Positions 47,318 to 56,768 of a DNA stretch of 64,000 nucleotides are shown one piece after another. The notes beneath the pieces were generated by a model that did no database searches, had not been told where the DNA came from, and was given only the letters and a program-made list of their open reading frames with translations. Where the stretch lies: positions 23,898-87,897 of IMG/VR virus record IMGVR_UViG_3300031519_008340; one strand, given 5' to 3'. How positions within the stretch are numbered: the first letter of the stretch is position 1; the number at the start of each line of letters is the position of its first letter. Made by a program: the position numbers and the translations under genes. The stretch is from a virus (Duplodnaviria; Caudoviricetes).

Positions 47318-50300
47318 TTAGCTGGCTAATAGGTTTATTCTGTAGGCGTTAACCACTGTGGAAGCACCCGATGTTGATGCTGATTTCAGTTCAAATGTGT
47401 TGTGAACACTGGTTGAAAATCCTGCTGTAAATTCTAATTGAGTTGTTTCTTTGCTTGATACAAAACCACCATTTCCTACTGAAGCAATTGTGAACGATGC
47501 CGCTGTGAAAATTTCCTGCACACTGAACACCCCTTCTGTGGCATTTTTTCCGACCACATAATATACTGCTCCTGTTGTTTCGTCTAGATTATAAGTGTCC
47601 AATGATGTTGCACTTGAACTGACTGTTGTTGCTCCAATGACTTTTTGATTGCTGTTTTCCGCCGCGGTCATGCTGTCTGATAATAAAATTTTATGCACTG
47701 TCACATTTAAATTTGTTGTCAAGCCAGCGGCACTTAATACAACGTTATCACCGCTTATAGCCGCAGACAAAGTGATCATGTCATTGTTTCCTGTATTGAC
47801 ATTTCCGTATTGTGACACAAATGCATTGGTTCCATCGTGTACAACCAAAGCTTCTGTAACTCCTGATTCTGTTTTTGCATTATCATCTATTAAGATTGTG
47901 TATTTTGCCGCTCGGAAACTAGCATGAGCAAAAGTATCAATACTTTCAGTTGAAGAATCAACATCGGTGTTACTAGTGGTCACAGTATTACCTCTTGTGG
48001 CATCTGCTGTGTTAGCAGTTGATAAAGGAATTTTGTACATACTAACTTTCGTATTAGCAGAAGGACCAGCCAATTTTAGTCTGACCATGTTACTTGAACT
48101 GTCTGCAGTGAATGTAGAAAAATTATTTGATGTGTGTGTTCCTGAACCTCTTATTGATCCTACAAAACCTGTTGTATCGTTGTGTACTAGATTGAAACTC
48201 ATTGTGCTAACTCTGTCATTTGTTATATCGTTCTGAACCATTACGTAATGAACAGCATCTGTAACGGCTTCGCTGAATGAATCAACTACTTGGGCATCTG
48301 TGCCTATTGCTTTGTTTGACTTCACAGAAGCCAACGTGTCATCAGAAAATGTACTGGTTACTGTGCCAAAACTTAGTGTACCAGAACCATCAGTAATTAA
48401 TGCTTGACCACTATCTCCATCTGCTACTGGCAGACCAAATGCTGTACCACCCGATGTGATTGTAAGTTTAGAACCATCTGATTCAATTTTTTCATTTGCA
48501 TCTGTAAAGTGCAAACCTATATTGGTTGGAATGATAACATCTGCCGCGGCAGTTAGTTTTATATTGTTACCTGTGATAATAAGGTCTGTGCCGTCACCTT
48601 CAATTTTTTCGTCATCAGTACCAAAAGTTAATCCAATGTTTGCTGGTATGTTGATATCACCATTTGCTCCTACACTGATTGATATGTCTGTGCCATCTGA
48701 TTCTATTTTTTCTGCACCTGCGCCATCTAAAACTATACCAATGTTTACAGGTATTACAACATCAGCTCCTGCCGTCAAATTAATATTACCTGTGCCTGTT
48801 GGGTCTAATGTGATGTCCGCGTTTGAACCATTAGATACAATTTCGTTTGTTGTTACTGCACCGATCGTAGCATTACCTACAATAGTCGTGTTCGTAATAG
48901 TTGGACTGTTAATTGTTGGACTTGTTAATACTTTGTTTGTTAGCGTTTGTGAACCATCCAATGTTGCCACTGTGCTATCAATGTTTAATGTAACTGTTTG
49001 ACTGCCTGCTACAGATGCCAACCCAGTACCACCTGCAATGGTAAGTGATTGTGAATCAAGATCTACTGCTCCAGTTCCGCTGTCGCCTGCTAAATCTAAA
49101 TCTTGTGCGGTAACCTGTGCATCAACATAAGTTTTAATTGCTTTTGCTGATGCCAATGTTGTGTCTGTGCCTGCAACACTTGATATGTCTGTGTCTAAAA
49201 CACCTGATTTAAGATTATCAACTTCAATATTGGTTATTGTGTTGTTGTCAAAATCTATACTTTTATTTGTAAGTGTTTGTGAATCTGTTAATGTTGCAAC
49301 TGTTGAGTCAATTGTAAATGTTACAGTGTTAGTTGAAGAGCTTGTTGTTATGCCTGTACCACCAGCAAAATGTAAAGTTTCACTATCTAGATCAATAGAT
49401 AAAGCTGTAGAATCGTCTGTGCTAAAATCCAAGTCGGATGCTGTAACCTGTGCATCAACATAAGTTTTAATTGCTTTTGCGGAAGCCAATGTGTCATCAC
49501 TGCCAGATACAGAACTAATGTTTGTATCAAGTACACCAGATTTTAAGTCTGCAACATCAATGTTAGAAATACTGTTGCCAGTAGCTTCAACGTCAAAAGT
49601 TTTATTTGTAAATGTTAATGTGTCAGATGCAATATTGGCATCGTGTGTATCTACATATGCTTTGATTGCTTTTGCTGATGCCAAGGTATCATCACTGCCA
49701 GATACAGAACTAATGTCTGTATCAAGTACACCAGATTTTAAATCTGCAACATCAATATTACTAATACTGTTACCTGTGCCTTCAACGTCAAAAGTTTTAT
49801 TTGTAAATGTTAATGTGTCAGATGCAATATTGGCATCGTGTGTATCTACATATGCTTTTATAGATTGTTGTGTGGCAAGTGATGTAGCACTATCACTGCC
49901 CATTGCATCTTCATCCAAAATTGTTGTAACTGTGGCACCGCTAGTACCTACTTTTAAATTTTCTAATTGTACCGTGCCTGTACCGCTGGCGCTGAGTTTA
50001 AGATCATCGTTGGATCTGTTGGTTGTAATTGTATTGTCATTGATACTAATATCATTTAAAATTATGTTTCCTGTACCTGCTGTAAGGATTGTAAAATCTG
50101 CGTTCGAAGGTGCTGTTAAAGTTGAGCCAATTGATCCAATATCACCTAGATCTTCAAGTGTGCTAAATTCAAGTCCACTACCTGCGGCGTTTACTCTTAA
50201 AATCTGTAATGAAGAACCTATACTAGACAGTCCTGTACCACCAAAGGCCGTTCCTACGGTCTCTCCGGATTGGAATTCTGCCATTCCTGTGGCTACATTT

Positions 50301-50341
50301 GAGGCGTTAAAGACGACTCGTACTGGTGTTTTATCTGCCAT
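47318..50341 (-). CDS. Long tail fibre protein with internal repeats
   Basis: 1007 aa, Thr/Ser/Asp/Gly-rich; repeated LASAKAIKxYVD and TLTNK motifs. Confidence 0.75.
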   Translation of the reverse strand: MADKTPVRVVFNASNVATGMAEFQSGETVGTAFGGTGLSSIGSSLQILRVNAAGSGLEFSTLEDLGDIGSIGSTLTAPSNADFTILTAGTGNIILNDISINDNTITTNRSNDDLKLSASGTGTVQLENLKVGTSGATVTTILDEDAMGSDSATSLATQQSIKAYVDTHDANIASDTLTFTNKTFDVEGTGNSISNIDVADLKSGVLDTDISSVSGSDDTLASAKAIKAYVDTHDANIASDTLTFTNKTFDVEATGNSISNIDVADLKSGVLDTNISSVSGSDDTLASAKAIKTYVDAQVTASDLDFSTDDSTALSIDLDSETLHFAGGTGITTSSSTNTVTFTIDSTVATLTDSQTLTNKSIDFDNNTITNIEVDNLKSGVLDTDISSVAGTDTTLASAKAIKTYVDAQVTAQDLDLAGDSGTGAVDLDSQSLTIAGGTGLASVAGSQTVTLNIDSTVATLDGSQTLTNKVLTSPTINSPTITNTTIVGNATIGAVTTNEIVSNGSNADITLDPTGTGNINLTAGADVVIPVNIGIVLDGAGAEKIESDGTDISISVGANGDINIPANIGLTFGTDDEKIEGDGTDLIITGNNIKLTAAADVIIPTNIGLHFTDANEKIESDGSKLTITSGGTAFGLPVADGDSGQALITDGSGTLSFGTVTSTFSDDTLASVKSNKAIGTDAQVVDSFSEAVTDAVHYVMVQNDITNDRVSTMSFNLVHNDTTGFVGSIRGSGTHTSNNFSTFTADSSSNMVRLKLAGPSANTKVSMYKIPLSTANTADATRGNTVTTSNTDVDSSTESIDTFAHASFRAAKYTILIDDNAKTESGVTEALVVHDGTNAFVSQYGNVNTGNNDMITLSAAISGDNVVLSAAGLTTNLNVTVHKILLSDSMTAAENSNQKVIGATTVSSSATSLDTYNLDETTGAVYYVVGKNATEGVFSVQEIFTAASFTIASVGNGGFVSSKETTQLEFTAGFSTSVHNTFELKSASTSGASTVVNAYRINLLAS
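49469..49858. repeat. Tandem 195-bp (65-aa) duplication inside the fibre gene
   Basis: Identical stretches at 49585-49663 and 49780-49858 (offset 195). A further 38-bp identity at 49110-49147 and 49443-49480 (offset 333). Confidence 0.9.
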
Positions 50342-50419
50342 AGTTTAGTTCTGTGCTCCGCCTTGTTAAACTTACGGAATGCATTTCCTTTTAACTTATG
50401 TGTATTTAAGTAATTTTAA

Positions 50420-51403
50420 TTAAAATTGAAACAGAGTGATGCCTGCGGCAGTAGCAGAAAGATCACTTCCGTTGGCAAGGGTGAATGTTTGTCCTGCATC
50501 AGTATACACAGGTACGTCTTCTACTGTAGCATTAAACTCCAGTTCTAAGTTTGCTGTACCCGCCAGCAGTTGATCATCTGTGAATGTTGTACTGCCATCG
50601 CTTACAAATATGCCAACTTTTTGCACTGGTCTAGACGCAGTACCTGCTGTGGCACCATTGAGAGCTATGGGTTGAGCCGCTACTTTTGATCCTATAGGTA
50701 AAGTTGCACCGGTGGCCGCTATAGTTAATGCTCCAGAACCATCTGACTTGATTGTGGCTCCGCCTAAGTCAATTGTTTCCGCGGCAACAAATACAGTTTG
50801 CCATCTACGGGTGGTACTACCAAGTGTGAAAACACCGTTTTGACTTGGAATTAAGTTTCCTGCTATTTCTATACCCGGAGTTGAATCTTCTGTGGCTATT
50901 GTAGTGCCTGCTATCCTAATGCCTTCAATTACAACATTACCGTTGCTTGATGTCAAAGTTAAATCTGCATTACTAGGAGCGGCTATTGTTGAACCTATTA
51001 CTGATAAATCTCCAACGTGTGTATCAGAAATGTGTGCGTCAACATATGCTTTTATTGATTGTTGCGTGGCCAATGCTGTGGCTGAGTTTGTGCTAAAACT
51101 GTCTTCGTCTAAAATTGTTGTCACACTTGCTCCGGTGCCAATTTTAAATGTATCGTCTACAACAACAACTCCTACACCTGAAGTTTTTAGGGTCAGGTCC
51201 GCACTTGATGGTGCAAAAAGAGTTGAGCCTACTGCTGTAATATCACCTAAACCGCCTGTGCTTATTGCGATACCGCCGGGTGTAGTACCGTCTCCTAATA
51301 CTAAACTTCCTGTGTCAACGTCTACTGCAAGATAGCCGTCTTCGATAACTGTTGTTGATAAAGTGTAATCTTTGTATGAACCTACTAGTTTTCTGAATGC
51401 CAT
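50420..51403 (-). CDS. Tail fibre/collar-like protein sharing modules with 47318..50341
   Basis: GDIxxxGSTLxAPSxADLTL twice; VTTILDED...LATQQSIKAYVD. Confidence 0.65.
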   Translation of the reverse strand: MAFRKLVGSYKDYTLSTTVIEDGYLAVDVDTGSLVLGDGTTPGGIAISTGGLGDITAVGSTLFAPSSADLTLKTSGVGVVVVDDTFKIGTGASVTTILDEDSFSTNSATALATQQSIKAYVDAHISDTHVGDLSVIGSTIAAPSNADLTLTSSNGNVVIEGIRIAGTTIATEDSTPGIEIAGNLIPSQNGVFTLGSTTRRWQTVFVAAETIDLGGATIKSDGSGALTIAATGATLPIGSKVAAQPIALNGATAGTASRPVQKVGIFVSDGSTTFTDDQLLAGTANLELEFNATVEDVPVYTDAGQTFTLANGSDLSATAAGITLFQF

Positions 51404-51413
51404 TTACGCTCTC

Positions 51414-51854
51414 CTATTGTTGGCCAGATAATTTTTTTAATGTTTGAATAAATTCACTCTCGTTTTTTGGTTCTTTATTTTTCATTGACGCTGGTATACC
51501 GGGTTGTTGTGCGTCAGTAACTTCTGGCGTCTGTACTAATGGCTCTTCTTCTTTTACTTCTGGTCCTTTGTCCTGTTGATCTTTTGTAACATTGGCAATA
51601 GTTTCTGAATCTTTGCCTAGTTCTGCTTTTTTCATTTCAATTTCTTGTTGTAAAGGATAAACTGCTGGAGCGTCGTTGGGATCATCTGATGCTACTTTTC
51701 CTGGATTGTCTTCTGGTCCTGTGCTTTGTGAATTTTGTACGTCTGTGTCTGTAGAAACTGTGGCACCTTTGGCACCAATTAATTGTTGTAATAATGCTTC
51801 ATCTTCTTTGTCGGGTGATGCTTTGATGTTAATTTCTATATCTTTAAATCTCAT
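51414..51854 (-). CDS. Hypothetical acidic late protein
   Basis: 146 aa; YPLQQEIEMKK; C-terminal IQTLKKLSG. Confidence 0.6.
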   Translation of the reverse strand: MRFKDIEINIKASPDKEDEALLQQLIGAKGATVSTDTDVQNSQSTGPEDNPGKVASDDPNDAPAVYPLQQEIEMKKAELGKDSETIANVTKDQQDKGPEVKEEEPLVQTPEVTDAQQPGIPASMKNKEPKNESEFIQTLKKLSGQQ

Positions 51855-51855
51855 T

Positions 51856-52191
51856 TTAATTAAATCCTACGTGGGTACTTCCTTGTTTTTTAAATTTATT
51901 TGCTTCTATGTTGTACATTTCAATTTCATCATAGGCCTGTGTGTCTTTGTCAGCAACGTTTTTGTTTAGCCAATCCATACTTGTTTGAATAAAATCATCA
52001 ATTGCTATAGGCATAGTGTTTTCAAAATTTGTTTCAAGTCTTAGTCTTTTTAAAACTTCACGAGCCGCAAAATTACTTCTGTGTGGTGTGGTTGTTTGCA
52101 AGTTATCTGTTACCCGATAGGTGTTGTCTTTTTTAGTATAACCACTGAAGTCTGCGCCTTCTTTAATGTTTGTTATTTCGTTTATTTTCAT
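51856..52191 (-). CDS. Hypothetical protein
   Basis: 111 aa starting MKINEI...IKE, a pattern seen in proteolytically processed head proteins. Confidence 0.6.
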   Translation of the reverse strand: MKINEITNIKEGADFSGYTKKDNTYRVTDNLQTTTPHRSNFAAREVLKRLRLETNFENTMPIAIDDFIQTSMDWLNKNVADKDTQAYDEIEMYNIEANKFKKQGSTHVGFN

Positions 52192-52193
52192 AT

Positions 52194-52427
52194 CTAAATT
52201 TCAATATCATTTGAAAAATATCTCCACACGCCACCACTATAGTAAACAGGACGATCTTGAGTAGAGTCACCGTCTGATGCCATTGCAATCATGCCATCTG
52301 CTAGATCTGATCTTGCATTTAATTGTGTCTTTGTCTGTGGATTTAACTTGATTACTGATTCAAATGTAGTCAATCCTGAGCCACTTGATATGGTATATGC
52401 GCCTGATGTTCGTAATATTTTTGTCAT
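52194..52427 (-). CDS. Small virion-like protein
   Basis: 77 aa; TAAATA 6 nt upstream; GMIAM...RPVYYSGGVW. Confidence 0.55.
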   Translation of the reverse strand: MTKILRTSGAYTISSGSGLTTFESVIKLNPQTKTQLNARSDLADGMIAMASDGDSTQDRPVYYSGGVWRYFSNDIEI

Positions 52428-52443
52428 TTGTAATATTTATATG

Positions 52444-52472
52444 AAAAATGGGGGAAGTAAAAACTCCCCCCA
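52444..52472 (-). terminator. Intrinsic terminator
   Basis: Minus-strand UGGGGGGAG / CUUCCCCCA stem, then U5. Confidence 0.8.
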
Positions 52473-52497
52473 CCTTATAAGCACGTGATCGAATATA

Positions 52498-52917
52498 TTA
52501 CTGATCTGTAATAACGTCGATGTTACCAACACCCGATACATTGGCTTCGTCAGTACCCTCTGTATTCAATTGATACACGATTGTACCCGTTGTGCCTGCC
52601 GCTGTCACATAGTGAACAGTGTTGTTGAAGAATTTTTCAACATAAGCTACGGTTGAGTCGTCTAATATCATCTGTACACAGAACTGATTAGAAGTATTTG
52701 CTAATGATCCTGGTGCAACTGCTTTAAGTTCGTAAATTCCAGTAGATGAATCATCTAATGATATTTTGAACAGTTTAGAACCTCTTTGGTTTATAATATA
52801 AGCCGTGGTTGAATCAACTTTAGCCGCACCAGATGGTCTGTACGCAGTTACCGCAATGTTACCTGCAACACCTGAAGCGTTGTTGGCCATTTTTGTCTTT
52901 TTTATAGGTCGTCCCAT
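52498..52917 (-). CDS. Probable abundant virion structural protein
   Basis: 139 aa (MGRPIKK...), own late promoter, strong SD and own terminator. Confidence 0.6.
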   Translation of the reverse strand: MGRPIKKTKMANNASGVAGNIAVTAYRPSGAAKVDSTTAYIINQRGSKLFKISLDDSSTGIYELKAVAPGSLANTSNQFCVQMILDDSTVAYVEKFFNNTVHYVTAAGTTGTIVYQLNTEGTDEANVSGVGNIDVITDQ

Positions 52918-52924
52918 TTGTTTT

Positions 52925-53003
52925 CTCCTTAATAGGAGTCCAATCCTAGTTCTCCTAGGTACGCGGTTGTTATCCGCATAAGTCTTTTACTTAGATGTAA
53001 AAG
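52925..53003 (-). promoter_or_regulatory. Structured 5' leader with four tandem hairpins, the last containing the SD
   Basis: Stems at 52984-53003, 52963-52977, 52945-52959 and 52925-52938; late motif TAAATA at 53026-53021. Confidence 0.65.
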
Positions 53004-53043
53004 CACGTTTGAACTGTAGATATTTATTTGTATTTGGTAATTT

Positions 53044-53748
53044 TTAAAGCGGGTGTTTTTCCATGAGCTGTTCAGAGTCGATGTAACGTTGCAATAATTT
53101 TGCGTATTTTTTAACGCCTATCTCACTTGCATGGCCATCGTTATGTAACTCCATATTTCTACTTACACAAAAGTTTCTGTGAACCCACCTAGGATCATCA
53201 AACTTGAAAAATCTTTTTTTAAGAACATATTCTTTGAATGCTACAAATTCTATTGCATCAGTATCTAGGTCATTTTCTAATCCGTTGTACATCAAATAAG
53301 GTATATTGTGTATTTTAAAAAAGTTTTGTAAATTTATGACACAACTAAAATATTTTTGTTGTAACCAGGCAGGTAAGTCCATCTTGGCAAAGTGTTCAAA
53401 AGTTTCTTTTCCGTGTTTGCCATCTTTCAAGACATTGATTGATCGCCATTGTAGATCAAACCCTTCAAAAATATCTTCTTTTTTGATGTTGGTCCTAGGA
53501 TAATCAAATCTTGCGGCAGAAGACCATTGTATCAATGCAAAACTATTTTTCATACGTGAAGAGTTTTGTAAAAACCAGTTCATTGTAGTGGTCACTATAC
53601 GATCATTGCCTTTGCCACCAGCTGACATATTAGTCAAATCTAGGTTATAGTGTTTGGCTATCTCTTGTCCTACACATGTTTGTACGTTGTGTGGTGCAAC
53701 TGTTCTCCATTGATTGTAAGAACATCCGTTTGTAAAAAGATTTTGCAT
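53044..53748 (-). CDS. SGNH/GDSL hydrolase-like protein
   Basis: LFTNGCSY, SAGGKGNDRI, DGHASEIG; paralog of 16932..17597. Confidence 0.68.
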   Translation of the reverse strand: MQNLFTNGCSYNQWRTVAPHNVQTCVGQEIAKHYNLDLTNMSAGGKGNDRIVTTTMNWFLQNSSRMKNSFALIQWSSAARFDYPRTNIKKEDIFEGFDLQWRSINVLKDGKHGKETFEHFAKMDLPAWLQQKYFSCVINLQNFFKIHNIPYLMYNGLENDLDTDAIEFVAFKEYVLKKRFFKFDDPRWVHRNFCVSRNMELHNDGHASEIGVKKYAKLLQRYIDSEQLMEKHPL

Positions 53749-53770
53749 TGCTATATTTAACTATTTGCTT

Positions 53771-53795
53771 GGGCGATGTAAGAACTACACCGCCC
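53771..53795 (-). terminator. Hairpin after the 77-aa membrane protein gene
   Basis: GGGCGGUGUA / UACAUCGCCC 10-bp stem; no clear U tract. Confidence 0.5.
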
Positions 53796-53809
53796 CGTGT
53801 ACTAAGTGA

Positions 53810-54043
53810 CTACTTCTTCTGGTAGATTGAGTATAATATGTATACTGCAACTAGGCCTGTCAAGCCTTCAGCAGAAAATGTTTTCACCATTCCTGTGATC
53901 CCCTCGATAACTTGAATGTTCGGCCAGAACGGAATGTTTTGACCTTTAAACAGTATCTCGAGTACGATACCCAGGGCGATAAGACCTACGCCAACTTCTG
54001 ATAAAGATTTAGCCCAGCCTTTTATTTTATTAAGAATGTCCAT
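53810..54043 (-). CDS. Small two-TM membrane protein (holin candidate)
   Basis: 77 aa, two hydrophobic segments, basic C-terminus; AAGGAG SD and upstream TAAATA. Confidence 0.55.
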   Translation of the reverse strand: MDILNKIKGWAKSLSEVGVGLIALGIVLEILFKGQNIPFWPNIQVIEGITGMVKTFSAEGLTGLVAVYILYSIYQKK

Positions 54044-54164
54044 ATTGGATCTCCTTTTGTTATACGATTCTTATTGAATCGCAGAATTATTTAGAACTAT
54101 TACAGTGAAGTAAAACGGCCTTATTTGGATTGGCTGTATTATGACGGTGAAAAAAATTCTTTAA

Positions 54165-54878
54165 CTACTTACAAAACTGTTCATAAAGTTTATAATCATA
54201 GTTGTTATAACTCCTATGCCATAATTTAAATTCGTCGGTGCAGTCGGAAATATTTTTTAATTTTTTGTAATCTTTTCCTGACCTATTAGATTGTAGTCTA
54301 GGTTCTTTATCAATTTTTAGTTCTGCACAAATTTTGTCCCACGATTCTTCAAATTTGTCAGAATCATACACAGTTACTTTTTCTTTTTTTAAAGTTTCAA
54401 CCACAGTATTGTATCTGTGTTCCATTGACACTGAGTCGTGTTTACCTAAATATTTTCCATATAGCCATAAAACTAAAAAATTTCCAGACATCATTGATAA
54501 GTGGTTTGTAAAATTATCATCCAAGGTATTTTTATATTTTGCGTCATAATTGTAGTGACTGACATCTCTTGCGAGAGGTTCTCTTAACCATAAAAAATGC
54601 TTGCCTGGTTGTTTAATGTTTGTGTAATGCCCACAAACAATTGATGCAGTACCATCACTACTAGAATTTTTATGTGTGCGTAAGAATGCTTCTTTGATGG
54701 GTTTATCAGCATCAAATCCGGGGTCTTCGCTTACTCTATAGAAGCTCATTTCGTTGTACATAGGATACACAACTAGTGTTGACCCTTTAGGTAATTGTCC
54801 TATATGCTCTCTGTGTGCAAGGCGTAATTGTAATGAACTGCCTGCTGTTTTTGGTACATGATGAAAACAATATTCCAT
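54165..54878 (-). CDS. Sulfotransferase family protein
   Basis: 5'-PSB motif FHHVPKTAGSSL; 3'-PB motif LREPLARDVSHY. Confidence 0.8.
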   Translation of the reverse strand: MEYCFHHVPKTAGSSLQLRLAHREHIGQLPKGSTLVVYPMYNEMSFYRVSEDPGFDADKPIKEAFLRTHKNSSSDGTASIVCGHYTNIKQPGKHFLWLREPLARDVSHYNYDAKYKNTLDDNFTNHLSMMSGNFLVLWLYGKYLGKHDSVSMEHRYNTVVETLKKEKVTVYDSDKFEESWDKICAELKIDKEPRLQSNRSGKDYKKLKNISDCTDEFKLWHRSYNNYDYKLYEQFCK

Positions 54879-54899
54879 GTGTTATTATACAATACTTTG

Positions 54900-55508
54900 T
54901 TAAAAACTCCAAATTTGATCTGGAAATCTTTTGTAAATCCTTTTCAAGCCTAGTTCTTTAAACAATTGATACACCGCTTGTTTATGGCTTTTTTTAATTT
55001 CAACCTGTATTAGAGGTTTATTGCTTTTAATAGTTTCTATTGCACCCATTAACACATCATGTTCGTGGCCTTCAACATCAATTTTTATTATATCCACTTC
55101 TTTAAAATTGTAATGATCTAGTGTCTGTGTCTGCACTTTGTTTCCATAATTTTTTCCGAAAAAAATTTTTCTTTTCATTCCATAAGTGCCAGAGTGTGTT
55201 TCCGGTCCCATGTAACCAATTCCTTGTTGACTTGATAGTGCAACATTGTGTATTTCAACGTTTGAATATTCCTTTAAATTTTCTGCAAGTAGTGGCTGTA
55301 TGTCAACATTGGCTTCAAAACATTTTACATTTTCAGCAGTGCTTAACATTTCAAGAGTCCACGGACCCCACCAAGCACCTATGTCAATTACTGTTCTAAT
55401 TTTTCTAGAAGCAACTAAACGTTGTAGATCCGCAACGTTTTTTGAATTGTACTGTGTGGTTGGGCAACCGTTGTACATTGGCACAATTAGGGTTTTTGTT
55501 TGTGGCAT
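54900..55508 (-). CDS. FkbM family methyltransferase
   Basis: VIDIGAWWG, CFEAN, HNVALS, IIKIDVEGHE...VLMGA. Confidence 0.85.
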   Translation of the reverse strand: MPQTKTLIVPMYNGCPTTQYNSKNVADLQRLVASRKIRTVIDIGAWWGPWTLEMLSTAENVKCFEANVDIQPLLAENLKEYSNVEIHNVALSSQQGIGYMGPETHSGTYGMKRKIFFGKNYGNKVQTQTLDHYNFKEVDIIKIDVEGHEHDVLMGAIETIKSNKPLIQVEIKKSHKQAVYQLFKELGLKRIYKRFPDQIWSF

Positions 55509-55522
55509 GCTTTATTTAAGGT

Positions 55523-55555
55523 AAAAAAAAAGGGGACAATAAATGCCCCCTTTTT
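55523..55555 (-). terminator. Intrinsic terminator after the major capsid gene
   Basis: GGGGGCA / UGUCCCC stem followed by U9. Confidence 0.85.
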
Positions 55556-55573
55556 GAAATTGAAGTAAAAGAC

Positions 55574-56746
55574 TTACTTGAATTTTAGGTTCGTTGAGTT
55601 CACACCTACTAAACCTACGTAGTCAGCCGCGTTACCAAGAGATGATGCAGTGTTAGTTAACTCTACATAACCGTATCTTGTTAAGAAGCCTACTACTGGT
55701 TCGAAAGTAGCTGGATCTAGAACAACACCTGAGCTCATTAAAGGTATGTAAGGACAATAAAATGCCGGAGCATCTGCCTCACTTGCACCTTTGTAACCTA
55801 CAAGTATTGAAGTGTTATCAGAAGCGTATGCATCAACGTATACTCTCATCGCCGCATTTAAAGTACCTACAAATTTTGTATTTGTTGGTGACTCAAATGT
55901 ACCTTCAGTTGATCTTGCGAACGCTGAAGTTGTAGCAGATTGAAGAATAGTTAAAGCTGTTGGAGATACTACTGCGTAGTTTCCAGCGCCTCTTCTTGTT
56001 CTAGTTGCGATTTGGTTTGCAACTCTGTTGATTAATACTGCTAATGCCGCGTGTTCATCACCCACGAATGTTGCAGTACCTGATACAGCACTTTGGTCAA
56101 AAGACTCAGAAGCAGTTCCTGCTAATGTTCTTAATGATCCAATGATTTCTTGGTCGATTTCTGCAGTAATCTCTTGAGCTAATGCCGCCATGATTTCTGC
56201 TTCTACATCGATACCTTGTTGTGCTTGTGCATCTTGAGCCGCTTCAAAAGTCCATCTAGCTGATAGTTTTCTTGATTTAGCTTCAACAGGTTGTTTCAAG
56301 ATTTGAATTGATAATCTTTTACCAGCAGTACCTTCTAAAGATGCTGTTGAAGCCGCTTTAGGAGTTGTGTTGTTGGTATTACCAGAGTATGCTTTCGCAA
56401 TCTTGAATGGAGATAATGCTTCTTCACCAGCTGTCGCGTTTGACGCTACTGTGTCTGCATATCTTATTCTTAATGTGTGGATTTGTCCTACAGGACCAGA
56501 CATTGGTTGTACACCTACGATCTCGTTCGCGATCACAGTTGGCATAACCCTTCTGATTACTGGAAGAATAACCCTGTTTAACGTAGCAACGTTACCAGCA
56601 GATGTCGCACCTGCAGTGGCTTGCTCAGACAAATGTCTTTTTGTGTTTTCTAACACAACGTCCATTGTCTTTTTCTTGTTGCCTGCTAAACCTTCAGTTA
56701 ATGCGGCTTTTGTTTCGCCCCATTTAGATTCAAATATATCTGACAT
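55574..56746 (-). CDS. gp23: Major capsid protein
   Basis: VGVQPMSGPVGQI, KSRKLSARWTFEAAQD, LAQEITAEIDQE, FYCPYIPL, FLTRYG. Confidence 0.96.
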   Translation of the reverse strand: MSDIFESKWGETKAALTEGLAGNKKKTMDVVLENTKRHLSEQATAGATSAGNVATLNRVILPVIRRVMPTVIANEIVGVQPMSGPVGQIHTLRIRYADTVASNATAGEEALSPFKIAKAYSGNTNNTTPKAASTASLEGTAGKRLSIQILKQPVEAKSRKLSARWTFEAAQDAQAQQGIDVEAEIMAALAQEITAEIDQEIIGSLRTLAGTASESFDQSAVSGTATFVGDEHAALAVLINRVANQIATRTRRGAGNYAVVSPTALTILQSATTSAFARSTEGTFESPTNTKFVGTLNAAMRVYVDAYASDNTSILVGYKGASEADAPAFYCPYIPLMSSGVVLDPATFEPVVGFLTRYGYVELTNTASSLGNAADYVGLVGVNSTNLKFK

Positions 56747-56768
56747 TTGATCTTTCCCCTTATGTTTG

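Noticed and set aside
46251-51403. Diversity-generating retroelement acting on the fibre genes
   Set aside because: The repeats are in-frame coding duplications without adenine-specific mismatches, and no reverse transcriptase is present in the window.
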